A stretch of DNA of 63,583 nt, counting the filler, from Octopus bimaculoides (Eukaryota): assembly GCF_001194135.2 (NCBI RefSeq). It is 6 parts of 4 records of this genome, joined end to end, with 100 filler letters (N's around TTAATTAATTAA, not from the genome) between each part and the next. Parts side by side here need not be neighbours in the genome. Positions count along the whole stretch, not along the records: positions 1 to 28,561 come from NC_068986.1; positions 28,662 to 43,551 come from NC_068991.1; 4 more parts are not named here. The stretch is one strand, 5' to 3'. Below are positions 25,159-38,673 of this stretch, piece after piece (the first letter of the stretch is position 1; the number at the start of each line of letters is the position of its first letter). A program made the position numbers and the translations under genes. The notes under the pieces are model-generated. The model worked only from the letters and a program-made list of their open reading frames with translations. It made no database searches and was not told the DNA's origin.

Positions 25159-27433
25159 TGGTACGTAGATATTAATGACTTGTAGCGATGCGGTATCTCG
25201 TTATGCAACCATGATATTCTACAAAGAATACAAAACGTTTTTATAAGACAACATCGTGTTGTAAAGCGCACAGCTAACACAGTAGAACGTGGTGTTGACT
25301 TATAAAAAATTGTTTAATATACTTTATACTATATCATGGCTGCATAACGAAATACTGCATCGCTACAAATCGTTAACATTTACGTCATTACATTTCGTCA
25401 GTCTCTACGTTCTGAGTTCAAATCCCGCCGAGGTTGACTTTGCATTTCATCCTTTCGGAGTCGATAAAATAAACACCAGTTGAACACTGGGTCCGATGTA
25501 ATCAACTTATCTCCTCTGCCGAAATTGCTGGCTTTGTGCCAAAATTTGAAATCAATATTTACGTCATTAAAATTCATTAATAGTTTTGCTTTGTCCGACA
25601 TCATTCCAGTTTTACTAAAATAAGCTATAAAAGTCTGGGGCTGATGAAAATAAGAAAGGTCCCTGTAATTTGATAGGGTAAATCCGGTTGACTTTATCGC
25701 TTCACCACAAATACGTGATCCTGTACCAGTGTAACATATAATAAACACAAGTACAAGCAAGCAGCCGGTAATGTATCGGAATCACTGCTTGATTCTGTGG
25801 TTGATTTTGTTCTTGAATATTCTGAGTTCAGAGCTTGTCAGAATTTATTTAGTAATCTATCAATATGGAGTGGGTAACTTAAGCACCAACCATACGGTGC
25901 AATCGATTTAATCTGTTAAGAATTATGGCACTCTCACATCAGCCTAACTTATTCTTTGAAACTGTCAATGCAACACTCTCAACAGTGGAGTTTCTTCTAT
26001 TTTATGCAGTGAATTCACTCGACCTACTTGAAAAACCATCCTTATCTTCCTCAAATCACAGCCCATTGTCTCGATAAACAGACACACGATGTGAACGGTG
26101 TTGATTACGGATCTACTCGACGAGAGAAAATTTGCGGTTAAACAACAATATCGTCAGCAATATCAACATTTTCATATCTAAATTGCATCGGTTTATCAGT
26201 GAAGATTGTAACAGCAATATCAATATGCTATTAAATAAAACAAACAAACAAGAAAAAACACGCAAAAACAAACGTAAGTTGAAGTCTCTTTGAAAACCAG
26301 TCTAAGTTGCCAGACATGGAAAAACTGAGTCCCTACTTCAGTTCCAATTGTTCTTTATAGAATTTTAGCGAGCATTGTATCGAGAGAACAACCCCCAAAA
26401 TATGTTGATATACAGATATAAAATACTGTGATATAAACAGAGAGGAGGGGAAGAAAGAAAGACAGAGAGGGAGAGAGACGGGGGGGGGGGGGAAAATNNN
26501 NNNNNNNTGTGTATGCAGGCATGTGTACGAGTTTTTTTTTTTTAATCCTTAATATTTTATCTTTTACTTGTTTCAGTCATTAGACTGCGGCCATGCTGGG
26601 GCGCTACCTTGAAGAATTTTTAGTCGAATGAATCGACCTCAGTATTCCACTGTCCAAACAGCTGCTTCCTGTTCTCTCGTTCCCCTTTATATCTAATCAT
26701 AATGTCAGAGTCATACTTCAGCCATCCCTTTTCCTTGAGAAAAATACTAGCTGTTTTTTTTTATAATTATTGTTTTCAAATAACATTGTTTAAACTTTCT
26801 TGTGTAACCATCAATTAAATAATATTAAGTTAATAAAAACAAATAATCAACTCAACTTTCAATACATAATTTTTGTTTATATTTATTTTTTTACTGGTAT
26901 AACTTATTTTAAGAAACTTTTTTTTTGTGTAAGAAAAAAACATTGAGAATTAAAAATTAAAAATTAAAAACTAAATATGTATGTTTCTCAAATTAGCTCT
27001 GGTTAACCTAGAAGAGTTTCTTTCCTCTCTGATGGTAACCAAAAGCAAAGTATTTATTTCAGTTATCTCCCTTGCTCACTTTCAATGCCATGACGGTATT
27101 TCTGGTGAAATTGCAAACAACGATTATATTATAGTAACTCATTAAGTGCATTAGTGTGTTAGCTATCAGCTGTGGCAGTGAATTAGTAGAAACGGCAAAG
27201 TATTGAGTCGTGTTCTGTCATCTGTAAAATTCTGGATTAACTCACATGAAATTTTATCCTAGCTTGTATGATCTTAAAGTTAATAATATGAATGCAATTT
27301 CTACATGTGAGTTGATAAATTTATCCTACATAGTTCTCAACAAATGCTTAGTGCTGTATTTACCACATTGGTAGATATATAGGTTGATAAACTGAAACAG
27401 GTAAATGAGTAGATAAATAAATAGATAACATAT

Positions 27434-27485
<52 letters not shown>

Positions 27486-27579
27486 ACATATATACATACA
27501 TACATACATACAAACATACATACATACATACATAGTTAAATAGGTACGATTTATTGAACTTGTAAGATTTATTGGAAAG

Positions 27580-27616
<37 letters not shown>

Positions 27617-28521
27617 TATACTGAACTATTATCAATTTTCTTTTCCTTCTTTGTGAGATTATTCTGGAGATATTTAGCGTGTGCCAAATCTAAAAATGAT
27701 ATCCGTTTTTTTCCCTATCACCCACACTTTTGAAGCTATTAATAATAGAATTTTTTTGTACGTTTCCATTTTTATATCTTCTTTGAACACTTATACCATT
27801 TACTGACAACATGTACAAAAAGTCTTTTTTTAATATATATATTGTTAACTTAAATACCATATATAATATTAGCAGCGAATAATATTTTTTATGCTCTTAC
27901 ATCTCAAGTATTCTCACATATAAATCATAAATTCACTTTACAGTTTAAATAAATGGTTTCTAGAGGCAACATCAATAGCCCTGGCATATTTTGCTCTCCA
28001 GGTGGTGTATTAGCAACAGCAAGAGACTCCAGACTCTTAAAGAGAGATTTTCACATTTCTCCGCAATGAAATTTCGGAGATCAAGAAAAGAGCTGAGCTG
28101 TTTCTCACAGTATTTGCAGTTTGTTCGTTGCAGAATTGAGAATTTAGAATTAAGATGAAAAAGAATGATCAGCTTTGGTTGAAAGTGATGTTAAAAGTCA
28201 TATCATCGACTAGTTTTCCTGTTGCAGAAATTTTCAGTTACAAAAGAAAGAAGGGAGATTTTCGTTACCGAAATTTTCCGTTGACGATCAGATATGAACC
28301 CGTGATTAGATCATTTCTTTCTTCACCTACTGACAGGCTGAGTTATTGTAATTCAGACACAGAAAAAAATTCAGGCAATCACGCCGGGAGAACAGTGCAT
28401 ACTTCATCCGTTAGTACTAAGTTAAACTGAACAATACAGTTGAGAATTTGAATCTGCCAACGAGTTGGCGGAACATTTCTGGTCTGATCTGCTGAAAATT
28501 TATTATTAGCAACAAGCGCAT

Positions 28522-28561
<40 letters not shown>

Positions 28562-28661
28562 NNNNNNNNNNNNNNNNNNNNNNNNNNNNNNNNNNNNNNN
28601 NNNNNTTAATTAATTAANNNNNNNNNNNNNNNNNNNNNNNNNNNNNNNNNNNNNNNNNNNN
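28562..28661. other. Artificial 100-bp scaffold spacer N44-TTAATTAATTAA-N44 (also 43552-43651, 55420-55519, 57809-57908, 60289-60388)
   Basis: Identical layout five times; the 12-mer has stop codons in all six frames. Confidence 0.95.
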
Positions 28662-28704
<43 letters not shown>

Positions 28705-28830
28705 CATATTATATGTGTCATTGTGTTTGTATGACTGCTTGTATGAATGTGACCTTTGTTTACAATCAGTGTAAAGGAGACAGAAACACACATACATATA
28801 TGTATATAGCTACATTATTTTTATTTGCAG

Positions 28831-28896
28831 GAGGCTGGTGATGGCTCTGGAAGCTTAAGCACAAATTCCAACTCTTCCGATCCAAGAGCACGCAAT
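28831..28896 (+). CDS. Probable internal coding exon (phase 0-0) of an unidentified host gene: EAGDGSGSLSTNSNSSDPRARN
   Basis: Acceptor ttatttttatttgcag, perfect GTAAGT donor, 66 nt, only one reading frame open. Confidence 0.6.
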
Positions 28897-29084
28897 GTAA
28901 GTATAAGTATTCATGCTTTCATTGAATTTTGGAATATCATTAATTTCGGAAATCAAATCTCTATCTTTCTCTTCTTGTGTTGTCTGAAACAAGTAAAAGA
29001 TAAAAGACACACAGATACACACACACACACACACATCATTTTGTCTGATGTGCTAACAATTCTGCCAGTTGGCCGTCTTGATAA

Positions 29085-29560
29085 TCATCATCATCGTTTA
29101 ACGTCCGCTTTCCATGCTAGCATGGGTTGGACGATTTGACTGAGGACTGGTGAAGCGAATGGCTGCACCAGACTCCAATCTGATTTGGCAGAGTTTCTAC
29201 AGCTGGATGCCTTTCCTTATGCCGACCACTCCAAGAGTGTAGTGGGTGCTTTTATGTGCCACCGGCACAAGGGCCAGTCAGGTTGTACTGGCAACGGCCA
29301 CGTTCAAAATGGTGTTTTTTACGTGCCACCTTCACAGGAGCCAGTCCAGCAGCACTGGCAACGACCATGCTCGAATGTTTTTTTCAATTGCCACCAGCAC
29401 AAGTGCCAGTAAGGCGACGCTGGTAATGATCACACTCAAATGGTGCTATTTACGGGCCACCAGCATGGAAGCTAGACAGCTGCTCTGGCAATGATTACTC
29501 TCGGATGGTGCTGTTAGCGCTCCACTGGCACTGTCAGTTCTGCTACTGATTCACATAGCC
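29085..29560 (-). mobile_element. RTE-tail-like dispersed repeat with internal tandem subrepeats
   Basis: catcatcgtttaacgtccgctttccatgctagcatgggttggacg recurs at ~39880-39940 and inverted at ~41250-41310; RTE affinity is inference. Confidence 0.6.
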
Positions 29561-29929
29561 AACCATGTCTTTTATGTGATAGAAGTTAGCTTCCCCCTTT
29601 GTTTGCTTAAGCTGCTTTGCTGCTGTAGTCTTATTAAATTCCAATACCCGTTTAGAGTTAATTTTTTTAATTAATTAATTAAAGCTTCTAATATGTTCCT
29701 TTTTACTTTCCACTAACCTCCAACATTATTTCTCTCTCTTTCTTGTGTAGCAATGGTATGAAGGCATAGAACGCCATCTTCTGTTTGAACTTACACATCC
29801 AGGAATGCAGCCCATGAGATTCCAAACTGATAGTGCAGCATCAACAGAGAAGTAATTTTACATTTTATGATTTTTCTTTATTTGTATTTACCTTTCATTT
29901 ACTTATTTCACACACACATTTATCAGAAT

Positions 29930-30205
29930 ATCTGAAATAAACTCGACTGCTCTCACAAACGACAATACTAAATATGAACCCGACCGCTCTCAAAAATTAA
30001 GTAAAAAAGAAAAAACCGGAAAAATGATCCAGAATCCTTGACCGGTACCAGATCGATCCCAAAATATAATCAGTTCGTGCCAGTCACAAGGCCAAACGTC
30101 CTTGAAAGTTTCATCCGAATCCATCTAGTGGTTCTTGAGATATCTTGTCCACGGACAAACAAACATGACTGCAAACAATATATCTCCGCTGTAGGCGGAG
30201 GTATT
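29930..30205 (+). mobile_element. Probable non-autonomous Helentron/Helitron-type element 3' end
   Basis: gagatatcttgtccacggacaaacaaac followed by terminal hairpin ctccgc-tgtag-gcggag and T-rich end. Confidence 0.45.
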
Positions 30206-30437
30206 AAGTCTACCGTAATGCTACTATGACATCTGATTTAGGTTGTTTTATATTTTTCATAGAAGATGCAAACGAATGTTACTCAAACCTAGAAATTCAT
30301 CATTTTAGTTTAGGTGGTAAATGAAGCTATTAACTAATCAGTCTGTGCGATTTATATGACATTCTACCAGTACATATTTCAGGTTGCTACAGCTAAATTC
30401 CTACATTATAGTATTTATGTAACAATATCTGAGAGTA

Positions 30438-30707
30438 TAGGCGCAGGAGTGGCTGTGTGGTAAGTAGCTTGCTTACCAACCACATGGTTCCGGGTTCAGT
30501 CCTACTGCGTGGCACCTTGAGCAAGTGTCTTCTACTGTAGCCCCGGGCCGTCCAAAGCCTTGTGAGTGGATTTGGTAGACGGAAACTGAAAGAAGTCCGT
30601 CGTATATATATGTATATATATATATATATATGTGTGTGTATATGTTTGTGTGTCTGTGTTTGTCCCCCAAACTTCGCTTGACAACCGATGCTGGTGTGTT
30701 TACGTCC
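30438..30707 (+). mobile_element. Family A SINE, truncated by gap (other copies at 33256-33600 +, 43862-44020 -, 44305-44515 +, 56283-56515 -, 59505-59670 -, 60134-60288 +)
   Basis: taggcgcaggagtggctgtgtggtaagtagcttgc head, collinear with other copies. Confidence 0.9.
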
Positions 30708-31974
30708 NNNNNNNNNNTGTTTTCGTAAACATACTTCTAATCGTCTCTAATTACATTTGCCGACAAAAAGCTTTTCTAAGAAAAAGTAAAAATATATAAA
30801 AGCGGTTCATGTAGTTTTATAAGGGAGATAACCTTTGCTGTAATCTCGAGTTATTTCTCTTTGAAATTGGTTTATTTATTTTCTATTATTTAATATCGTA
30901 ATAATCGGTAGAATTTGTTCATTGAGAATGTTGGTAAGAGAAACGGTACATTCTCGGAATAAATTTCTAGCCATGTTTAGCTCCATAGTTCTTCATTCTG
31001 AGCTTTTTTTTAATCTTTTAATCAGAGGACGAAAGCAATATCTATCAGTTTCTCTGCTAAGTATACGTTTGTGTACGCGCATACGTTTTATAATCAGCGC
31101 GTGCATAGAAGCCTTTACCAGGACCTTGCACTCTGTTGGCATCGATCACCACACAGCAACAAGGATTGGGTTTTGTGATAGACAGTACAATTCTATGAGC
31201 TGCAGAAAGTTGTACATATCTCTCAGTGAAAGTAATTCTGAAGAAATTTTACACCCTCCGACATGAATAGAATATGGGACAAGAAACAGAAGCTCCCAAC
31301 AAAATCAGGGCAATGCAGTTAGTAATTTTCAAATGTGAAAAACGAAATTGAAAATTATGTATTTCAAATGGTACATTATGTTTTAAATGACCCACTGAAA
31401 TCAAAGCAATTCAGTAAAACTTTTAGTAATACAGACCTACAATCAGATGTTAATGTATGCATGTACACACATGTGCTCTTTTTTTTTTTGATAAGTTAAT
31501 TAGAGAAATGCTCTTGTCTTTTGCTGTTCAATATGTGGCTATACATAGGTATAAAAGGATTCATGAAAGGGGTTTTGGTTTGAATGCAACAAAGTGAACC
31601 CTGCTATAGGCACCCACATACTAGATGGTGGTGTTAAACTAGGCGAGGGTGTGCTAGGTTTACTATATGTACACATCATAGTATATATCTTTTTATTCTC
31701 TTTTCAGATGGGTGACAGTATTACTTGAAGCTTCAGTGCCCTAGCAAATGGAATAGATGGCGGACCAATGACAGACAGACCTAAATATATGTTTCTTTTT
31801 GGAAATAACTGCAATTTATCTGTGAAACACATCGATTCCATCCTAGAAGATGTATATAGCTGGTCACGTGGATCAGTAGTCAAGCAGATGTTGTTTTATA
31901 TGTATATGTTTTCAATACTCAGACATAAACAATTTTTGATACAACTCAAAAGTCTGTTAAATAAAAAAAACAAA

Positions 31975-32467
31975 AACAAAAAACAATTATGTTCAAGGAA
32001 AAGCTGTGTTAAACAAAAATGACATCTGTTCATATAAAAAGCCTGTGATCAACAAAAAATTGTGCTTAAATTAAACTTTGTATTAAAAAAAGGAATACTC
32101 ATGATCACAGGATTGAATTAACAAATTGGTATATGTTGAAATGGAAACTCATGTTAAATGAAGGCTTGTGTTAAATGAAGCCCTGCATTAAATGAAGACT
32201 AATGCTTAAATAAATGACTGTATTAATGAATTTTTTTTTTTTTTTTAAAGGAAAATCTGAATTAAAGACTTTTTTTTAAATGGAGAATCTTGTAAATGAA
32301 GGTCCTATGTTCAAATGGAAGTCTTATGTTAAACAAAAGCTTGTGGTAAATGAAGGCCTATATTGAACGAAGGCTAATACCTAAATGTTAGCTGTCTTAA
32401 TGAAGATTTTTATTTAAAGGAAGGCCTGCATTAAATGAAAAGACCTTTGGTAACTGAAGGTTTCATA
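31975..32467. repeat. Degenerate ~17-20 bp tandem repeat (ttaaatgaaggc-core)
   Basis: Recurring aaatgaagg/aaatgaaga/ttaaatg units running into an N gap. Confidence 0.6.
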
Positions 32468-33769
32468 NNNNNNNNNNNNNNNNNNNNNNNNNNNNNNNNN
32501 NNNNNNNNNNNNNNNNNNNNNNNNNNNNNNNNNNNNNNNNNNNNNNNNNNNNNNNNNNNNNNNNNNNNNNNNNNNNNNNNNNNNNNNNNNNNNNNNNNNN
32601 NNNNNNNNNNNNNNNNNNNNNNNNNNNNNNNNNNNNNNNNNNNNNNNNNNNNNNNNNNNNNNNNNNNNNNNNNNNNNNNNNNNNNNNNNNNNNNNNNNNN
32701 NNNNNNNNNNNNNNNNNNNNNNNNNNNNNNNNNNNNNNNNNNNNNNNNNNNNNNNNNNNNNNNNNNNNNNNNNNNNNNNNNNNNNNNNNNNNNNNNNNNN
32801 NNNNNNNNNNNNNNNNNNNNNNNNNNNNNNNNNNNNNNNNNNNNNNNNNNNNNNNNNNNNNNNNNNNNNNNNNNNNNNNNNNNNNNNNNNNNNNNNNNNN
32901 NNNNNNNNNNNNNNNNNNNNNNNNNNNNNNNNNNNNNNNNNNNNNNNNNNNNNNNNNNNNNNNNNNNNNNNNNNNNNNNNNNNNNNNNNNNNNNNNNNNN
33001 NNNNNNNNNNNNNNNNNNNNNNNNNNNNNNNNNNNNNNNNNNNNNNNNNNNNNNNNNNNNNNNNNNNNNNNNNNNNNNNNNNNNNNNNNNNNNNNNNNNN
33101 NNNNNNNNNNNNNNNNNNNNNNNNNNNNNNNNNNNNNNNNNNNNNNNNNNNNNNNNNNNNNNNNNNNNNNNNNNNNNNNNNNNNNNNNNNNNNNNNNNNN
33201 NNNNNNNNNNNNNNNNNNNNNNNNNNNNNNNNNNNNNNNNNNNNNNNNNNNNNNNTGGTTTCAGGTTCAGTCCCACTGTGTGGTATCTTGGGCAAGTGTC
33301 TTCTACTATAGCCTCAGGCCGAACAAAGCCTTGTGAGTGGATTTGGTAGATGGAAACTGAAAGAAGCCCATCGTATATAAGTATATGTATATATATATGT
33401 TTGTCTGTGTTTGTCCCCCCCCAACATCGCTTGACAACCGGTGCTGGTGTGTTTACGTTCCCATAACTTAGCGGTTCGGCAAAAGAGACCGATAGAATGA
33501 GTACTAGGCTTACAAAGAATACGTCCTGGGGTCGATTTGCTCAACTAAAGGTGGTGCTCCAGCATGGCCACAGTCAAATGACTGAAGCAAGTAAAGAGTA
33601 AGTAATTTTAAATGAGGAATTATACTATTTATAAATGATTGTACCTTCAATTAATCTGAATTGTTGATTTGTTTTTTTTTTTGCAATGAATAAAAACCTT
33701 TTTATTTATTATATTTTTTTAAGTAAAAAAGAAATTTGAGTCCCCTGCTGCCTTATCTGGTGGTCAATG

Positions 33770-34085
33770 CAGAGGCTAGGGATAGATGAGTGGTTGGTGA
33801 GAGCTGCACAAGCCATGTACCGGGATGCTGTCAGTAAGTAAAGGCTAGCAACTAGTATAGCGATGAATTCAGGATACAAGTAGGGGTTCACCAAGGATCA
33901 GTCCTCAGCACCCTCTTGTTCATCATAGTCCTCCAGGCAATAACAGGAATTTAAGACAGGCTGTCCCTGGGAGCTCATTTATGCTGATAACCATCAGAAC
34001 TAGAGAAAAAATTTCAGGTGTGGAAACAAGGTTTAGAATCAAAGAGCCTTACAGTTAATCTAGCAAAAACCAAAGTCTTAGCAAA
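33770..34085 (+). mobile_element. RTE-clade reverse transcriptase fragment
   Basis: Frameshifted VGVHQGSVLSTLLFIIVLQAI..FKTGCPWELIYAD..LEKKFQVWKQGLESKSLTVNLAKTKVL. Confidence 0.8.
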
Positions 34086-34798
34086 CAACTCAGACAACTC
34101 ACACCAATCAATTACAAATATTCCTGGAAGGGTCACAGGTACCTTCTCCAGGGTGTCCTATCAGAAGTTAACTATCATTACACTTTTTGGCTAGATTCCT
34201 AAGTGTGACTGATGACTGTGGATATTATCCAATCATAATCTACCCCTAAGTCTCTTGTCAGTTAATATTTTAAAAAACTTATTAAAAAAACAAAGAAAAA
34301 AAAAAACAAGAACATTTATACATTTTAAGAAAAAAGTATTTATTTATTTATTTTTTGCATTGATGAGATCTTTCAAACCCTGCATTGAAATTGCAACTTG
34401 CTGGACTTGAGCAAAGACTCCACCAACGATCATCACCACCGCCGTCACCATCAACATTTGTTGTTGTTAATCATCTACTTAATCTGTACTGCAATGAACA
34501 AGGTATACGCCTCCAACTTCAAGACCATTTCGTTTTATCTACCTCTATGTAATTCAGCTTTAAACTTTAACCCTTTAGCTTTCAGATTATTCTGTCGAAT
34601 GTAATACTTAATTTATTCACGTTTTGAATTAATCATGCCATTATCTCATAGCTTTGAGATTTCAATGGTGTGATAGTTTATTTTTAGACTGAAATAATAA
34701 GGTAGGCATAAGAGGCCAGATCTGGCCAACTCTAGCATAAAACAGGTAGAATATTTTGGCTGGATATGGCCAGTTTAAAAGTCAATGCTAAAAGGTTG

Positions 34799-34827
<29 letters not shown>

Positions 34828-34829
<2 letters not shown>

Positions 34830-35117
34830 AGAAAAAATAATAATCAGGTACTCAGATGTCTGGATGGTTGTACATTTACAGATTTTTATTCATATGTCAC
34901 ACGTTTTATAAATTAGCGCTTTCACCTAGTCTTGTTGGGTTTTCAAATTTTGATTTCACCTTGAGAGGCTGTCTTTTTTTATAGTATTATAGAATAATTT
35001 GAAAACCCTACAAGACTAGGTGTAAGCGCTAATTTATAAAACATGTGACATATGAATAAAAATCTGTAAATGTACAACCATCCAGAAATCTGAGTACCTG
35101 ATTATTATTTTTTCTAA
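34828..35117. mobile_element. Fold-back (MITE-like) element, 122-bp arms with 46-bp spacer, next to (TA)n
   Basis: 34828-34949 is the reverse complement of 34996-35117 with about 4 mismatches. Confidence 0.85.
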
Positions 35118-35708
35118 TATATAATTCCTGTACATCACCTCCAAACCTTCCAATATATATATATATGAGAGAGAGAGATACCTTGTTTCAACATTAGCAT
35201 GTAATATCATGTAGCCACATGTTATTACCATATATGGTAAATGATGCAGCAGGACATAATTTCTAAGGGAGATAATCCCCTCATCCAACCAGGTCCAGTC
35301 ATCTTCTGTTCTGGTCTAGTCCGAAGCCAGTCTCATCCACCGTTTCAGACAATATTTTTCTTTTTTTATGTCAGTTCATTACATAAATACTCTGGATAAG
35401 CAATGCTTAGCTTAAACCCCGCTCCAAGTACAATATATATATTCATTTTTTAGTACATAATAATTAATTAAATTACACAGGTCTTTATATGAGTATTTGT
35501 AAAAAGTGTAACAAAATGGCTTTGTTCTACACAGAACAAATAGTTAAAATAAAATATCAATTGAAAGCAGACACAAAAGAAAATTCATAAGGAAAGAAAG
35601 AAAGAACATAAACTGTTAACTCCTTTAATCAAAAATAGCAAGATCAGTGACGAAGAGAAAAAATTGGTCAGCACTAACTTTTGATTTTCATGTATATTTT
35701 TTTCTCAG

Positions 35709-35849
35709 AATCCTTATTTCGTTTTGGAAATGCTTAAAAACCTGAATACGAGATCAATTGCTGGTGTCTCCACAAGAAAAAGTTTTGATTTAATGACTAC
35801 TGCTGTTATCGTTGTTCGTCCTAACTTCCCTTATTCACATTTGAGCACA
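35709..35849 (+). CDS. Weak candidate exon (47 codons, phase 0-0): NPYFVLEMLKNLNTRSIAGVSTRKSFDLMTTAVIVVRPNFPYSHLST
   Basis: Strong acceptor tatattttttctcag, one open frame; donor GTATAT is weak; no homology recognised. Confidence 0.2.
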
Positions 35850-36369
35850 GTATATTACTCAGTTTTGCTCCAGCCTGCCCACAAAACATACAAACAAAAT
35901 AAAAGCAAGTTTTATTCCTATTTTCATAGTCTGATAATTTAGTAGCAGGAATGGTAAATTGCAGAAAAATCAAGTTATTTCAACAAGTGAATGTTACCTA
36001 TGCAAAGACAAAAAAGAAAAAAGGAGAGGATGTGTGCATATATATATATATATATATATACTTTTAAATTGGTTGAGTCAATCTTCCTTGTTGGCTACAT
36101 AAGGTACCCACCAACAACCCTGTGTACCCACAGGCGAAACTCAGAGTAGCAAGAGACTAAATTAAAAATATTATTAATCTCTACCATGGTAACAAGTATT
36201 CTTTTCAACACTAAATGGATAGGTATTTATTTATTTTCATCTTGCTGTTTGCTATCACCTTAATGAATACATAAAGTAAAAATCTGGTTTCTTCAACAAT
36301 TAATATAATAACCTTAAGATATAATTTACTATAAAAATTTTTAAAAACAGCCAATTGCTGATACTAGAA

Positions 36370-38322
36370 GATGACTTGGGTAGGTTGCCAATGCTCATCA
36401 CAATTTTAAGGGAAGGGAGCTAGTTGATAACACTGACCCCCAGTACTTAACTGGTACTACATTTAATTGATTTTCAATGAATGAAACACAAAGCTGCCCC
36501 CCAACAGAACTTGGAACTCAAAACGTAATGAGTCAGGAGAAATGCTGCATTTTTACCAACACTAATAATTCTGCTAGCTCACTGCCCTAATGATGATGAT
36601 GATGATGACAGATGCTTTTTATGTTTGGAGCAACACCTACTTTTCCCTGAGAGGGGGTTTAACTGGAAACTTTGAAGTTCAGTACTGCAGCACATCACTA
36701 AAACACTCATGCATTTGCTGTGTCTCTCTTCTCTTCATTTACCCTCAAAAGGAGCTGGGTTTGCTAAGCCTTTTGAGACCACTCCAAGTTCTATCATAGA
36801 AATTCCATTTTAAAGTGATCTAAACTAAAATCTTCGATCAAAATTTCATGTTAATTTATGTCCCAAACATCGGCTTATTGATGAAAAGGTGTTTTGCTAA
36901 CTTCATAAAGTTTCAAAAATCTATTGAAACAAAAGGCAGTGTATTTCAACAAAAATATCCTAGTTATGTAATTTAGCTTCCAGATTTTTCCATTATGTTC
37001 AAACAAACCCTTTTCATACTAACCCACCTGAAACCACCCGTGGTTCTATGATGCAAATTCCATTTGAAAGTAATCTTAACTAAAACCTTCCCATCAAAAT
37101 TTCATGCTGGCGTTCCAGACATTAACATGAAATAATGACAATATTATTCAACTAAATTCTTTATTTTCAAAATTAATTCAAATACATGCAACTTATTTTA
37201 ACAGACACATGGTAACAAAAGTGCTAAAAAAAACATTGGTCCCCTTCCAGGCTATTTCTGATAATGACTGAGACCAGAAGACAGAAGGACCTGTTGAAAG
37301 CAACAAGTCAGTTCAACTGTACATAACTCAGAGCTAGGTGGAGTAAGCTTTTGAAATCCAATGATCCATGCCACAGATGATGTCTATCGCTGATGCCACA
37401 TTATATTAACATTTTCAGCTGATTGCCTTTAAACCAAGTCATGGAAAAGACCATCATGCCCAAAAATGAAAACTGAATAATCCTCTGTAGCCTTAGGATT
37501 AGTAAATAACCTCAACTGAAAAGTTACCTTCCCCTCAACAAATAAAATGAATGATGATGATGGTGATGGTGGTTTCTGATAACAGCACAAGGTTATATAA
37601 TTTGAACAATAGATCAAATCTTTACATACTATCATCCATTCATTTTGTTTAGTTTAATGTGTTTTTATTTATTTTTTTCCATATTGGCAAGACTCAGATG
37701 GGAGGAAATTGAAGCAGGATTTTACAGCTGGATGCTTTCCCTATCATCAACCTTTGTTTTCAAGGAATGATTTATCATCATTATCATTATTCCAGAAGAA
37801 CTGGAAAGTAGAGCCAGTAGATGAGTTATTGACAGTAAATGTAAACAGATACCACTGATGTAGCTCAGTGTAGATTTGTGAACATTCACATACACATACA
37901 ATATATACATGGGCTTCTTTCTGTTTCTATCTGCAAAATTTCCTCACAAAGCATTTGTCAGATTTGTTGGCCTGCAGCAAATAGTTGAAGACACTTGCCC
38001 ATGGTGCTGTTGCATGTACAGTGAGATTGAACCCAAAGTCACATGATTGAAAAACAAACTTCTTCACCACACAGCTATGCATGCACCTTATATGAATGAT
38101 ATTTATTTTATCGGCTTTGGTAGAGTTTTAATTTAGAAATCCTAATGATGACGACGATGATGATGATGATGATGATAATAATACTATAATTATTTACAGA
38201 TATATATGTTGTCTTTGAAGTCGTTCAGTCTGTGTTTGTTAGACATGAAAGATAAATTTGTGATTAGTTAAATTCAATAAAATATGATTTTTACAAGGTG
38301 TATCAATTTACTTTTTACACTT

Positions 38323-38354
<32 letters not shown>

Positions 38355-38608
38355 TCCACAACTCAACCAGTCTCTAATGATAATAATAATAATAATAGTT
38401 TCAAATTTTGACACAGGGCCAGCAGGTTTGGGGGAGGGGCTAAGTCGGTTAAATAGACGCCAGCGTTCAACTGGTACTTATTTTATTGAACTCGAAAGGA
38501 TGAAAGGCAAAGTCAACCTCGGTGGAATTTGAACTCAGAATGTAAAGGTAGACAAAATGCTGCTAAGTATTTTGCCTGGTGCGCTAATAATTCAGCCAGC
38601 TTGCTGCC

Positions 38609-38673
<65 letters not shown>

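Noticed and set aside
30922-31266. 114-aa ORF
   Set aside because: No recognisable homology; three frames equally arguable after the acceptor at ~31023
35180-35315. Minus-strand exon candidate TEDDWTWLDEGIISLRNYVLLHHLPYMVITCGYMILHANVETR
   Set aside because: Plausible donor but no polypyrimidine tract at the acceptor and no recognised homology
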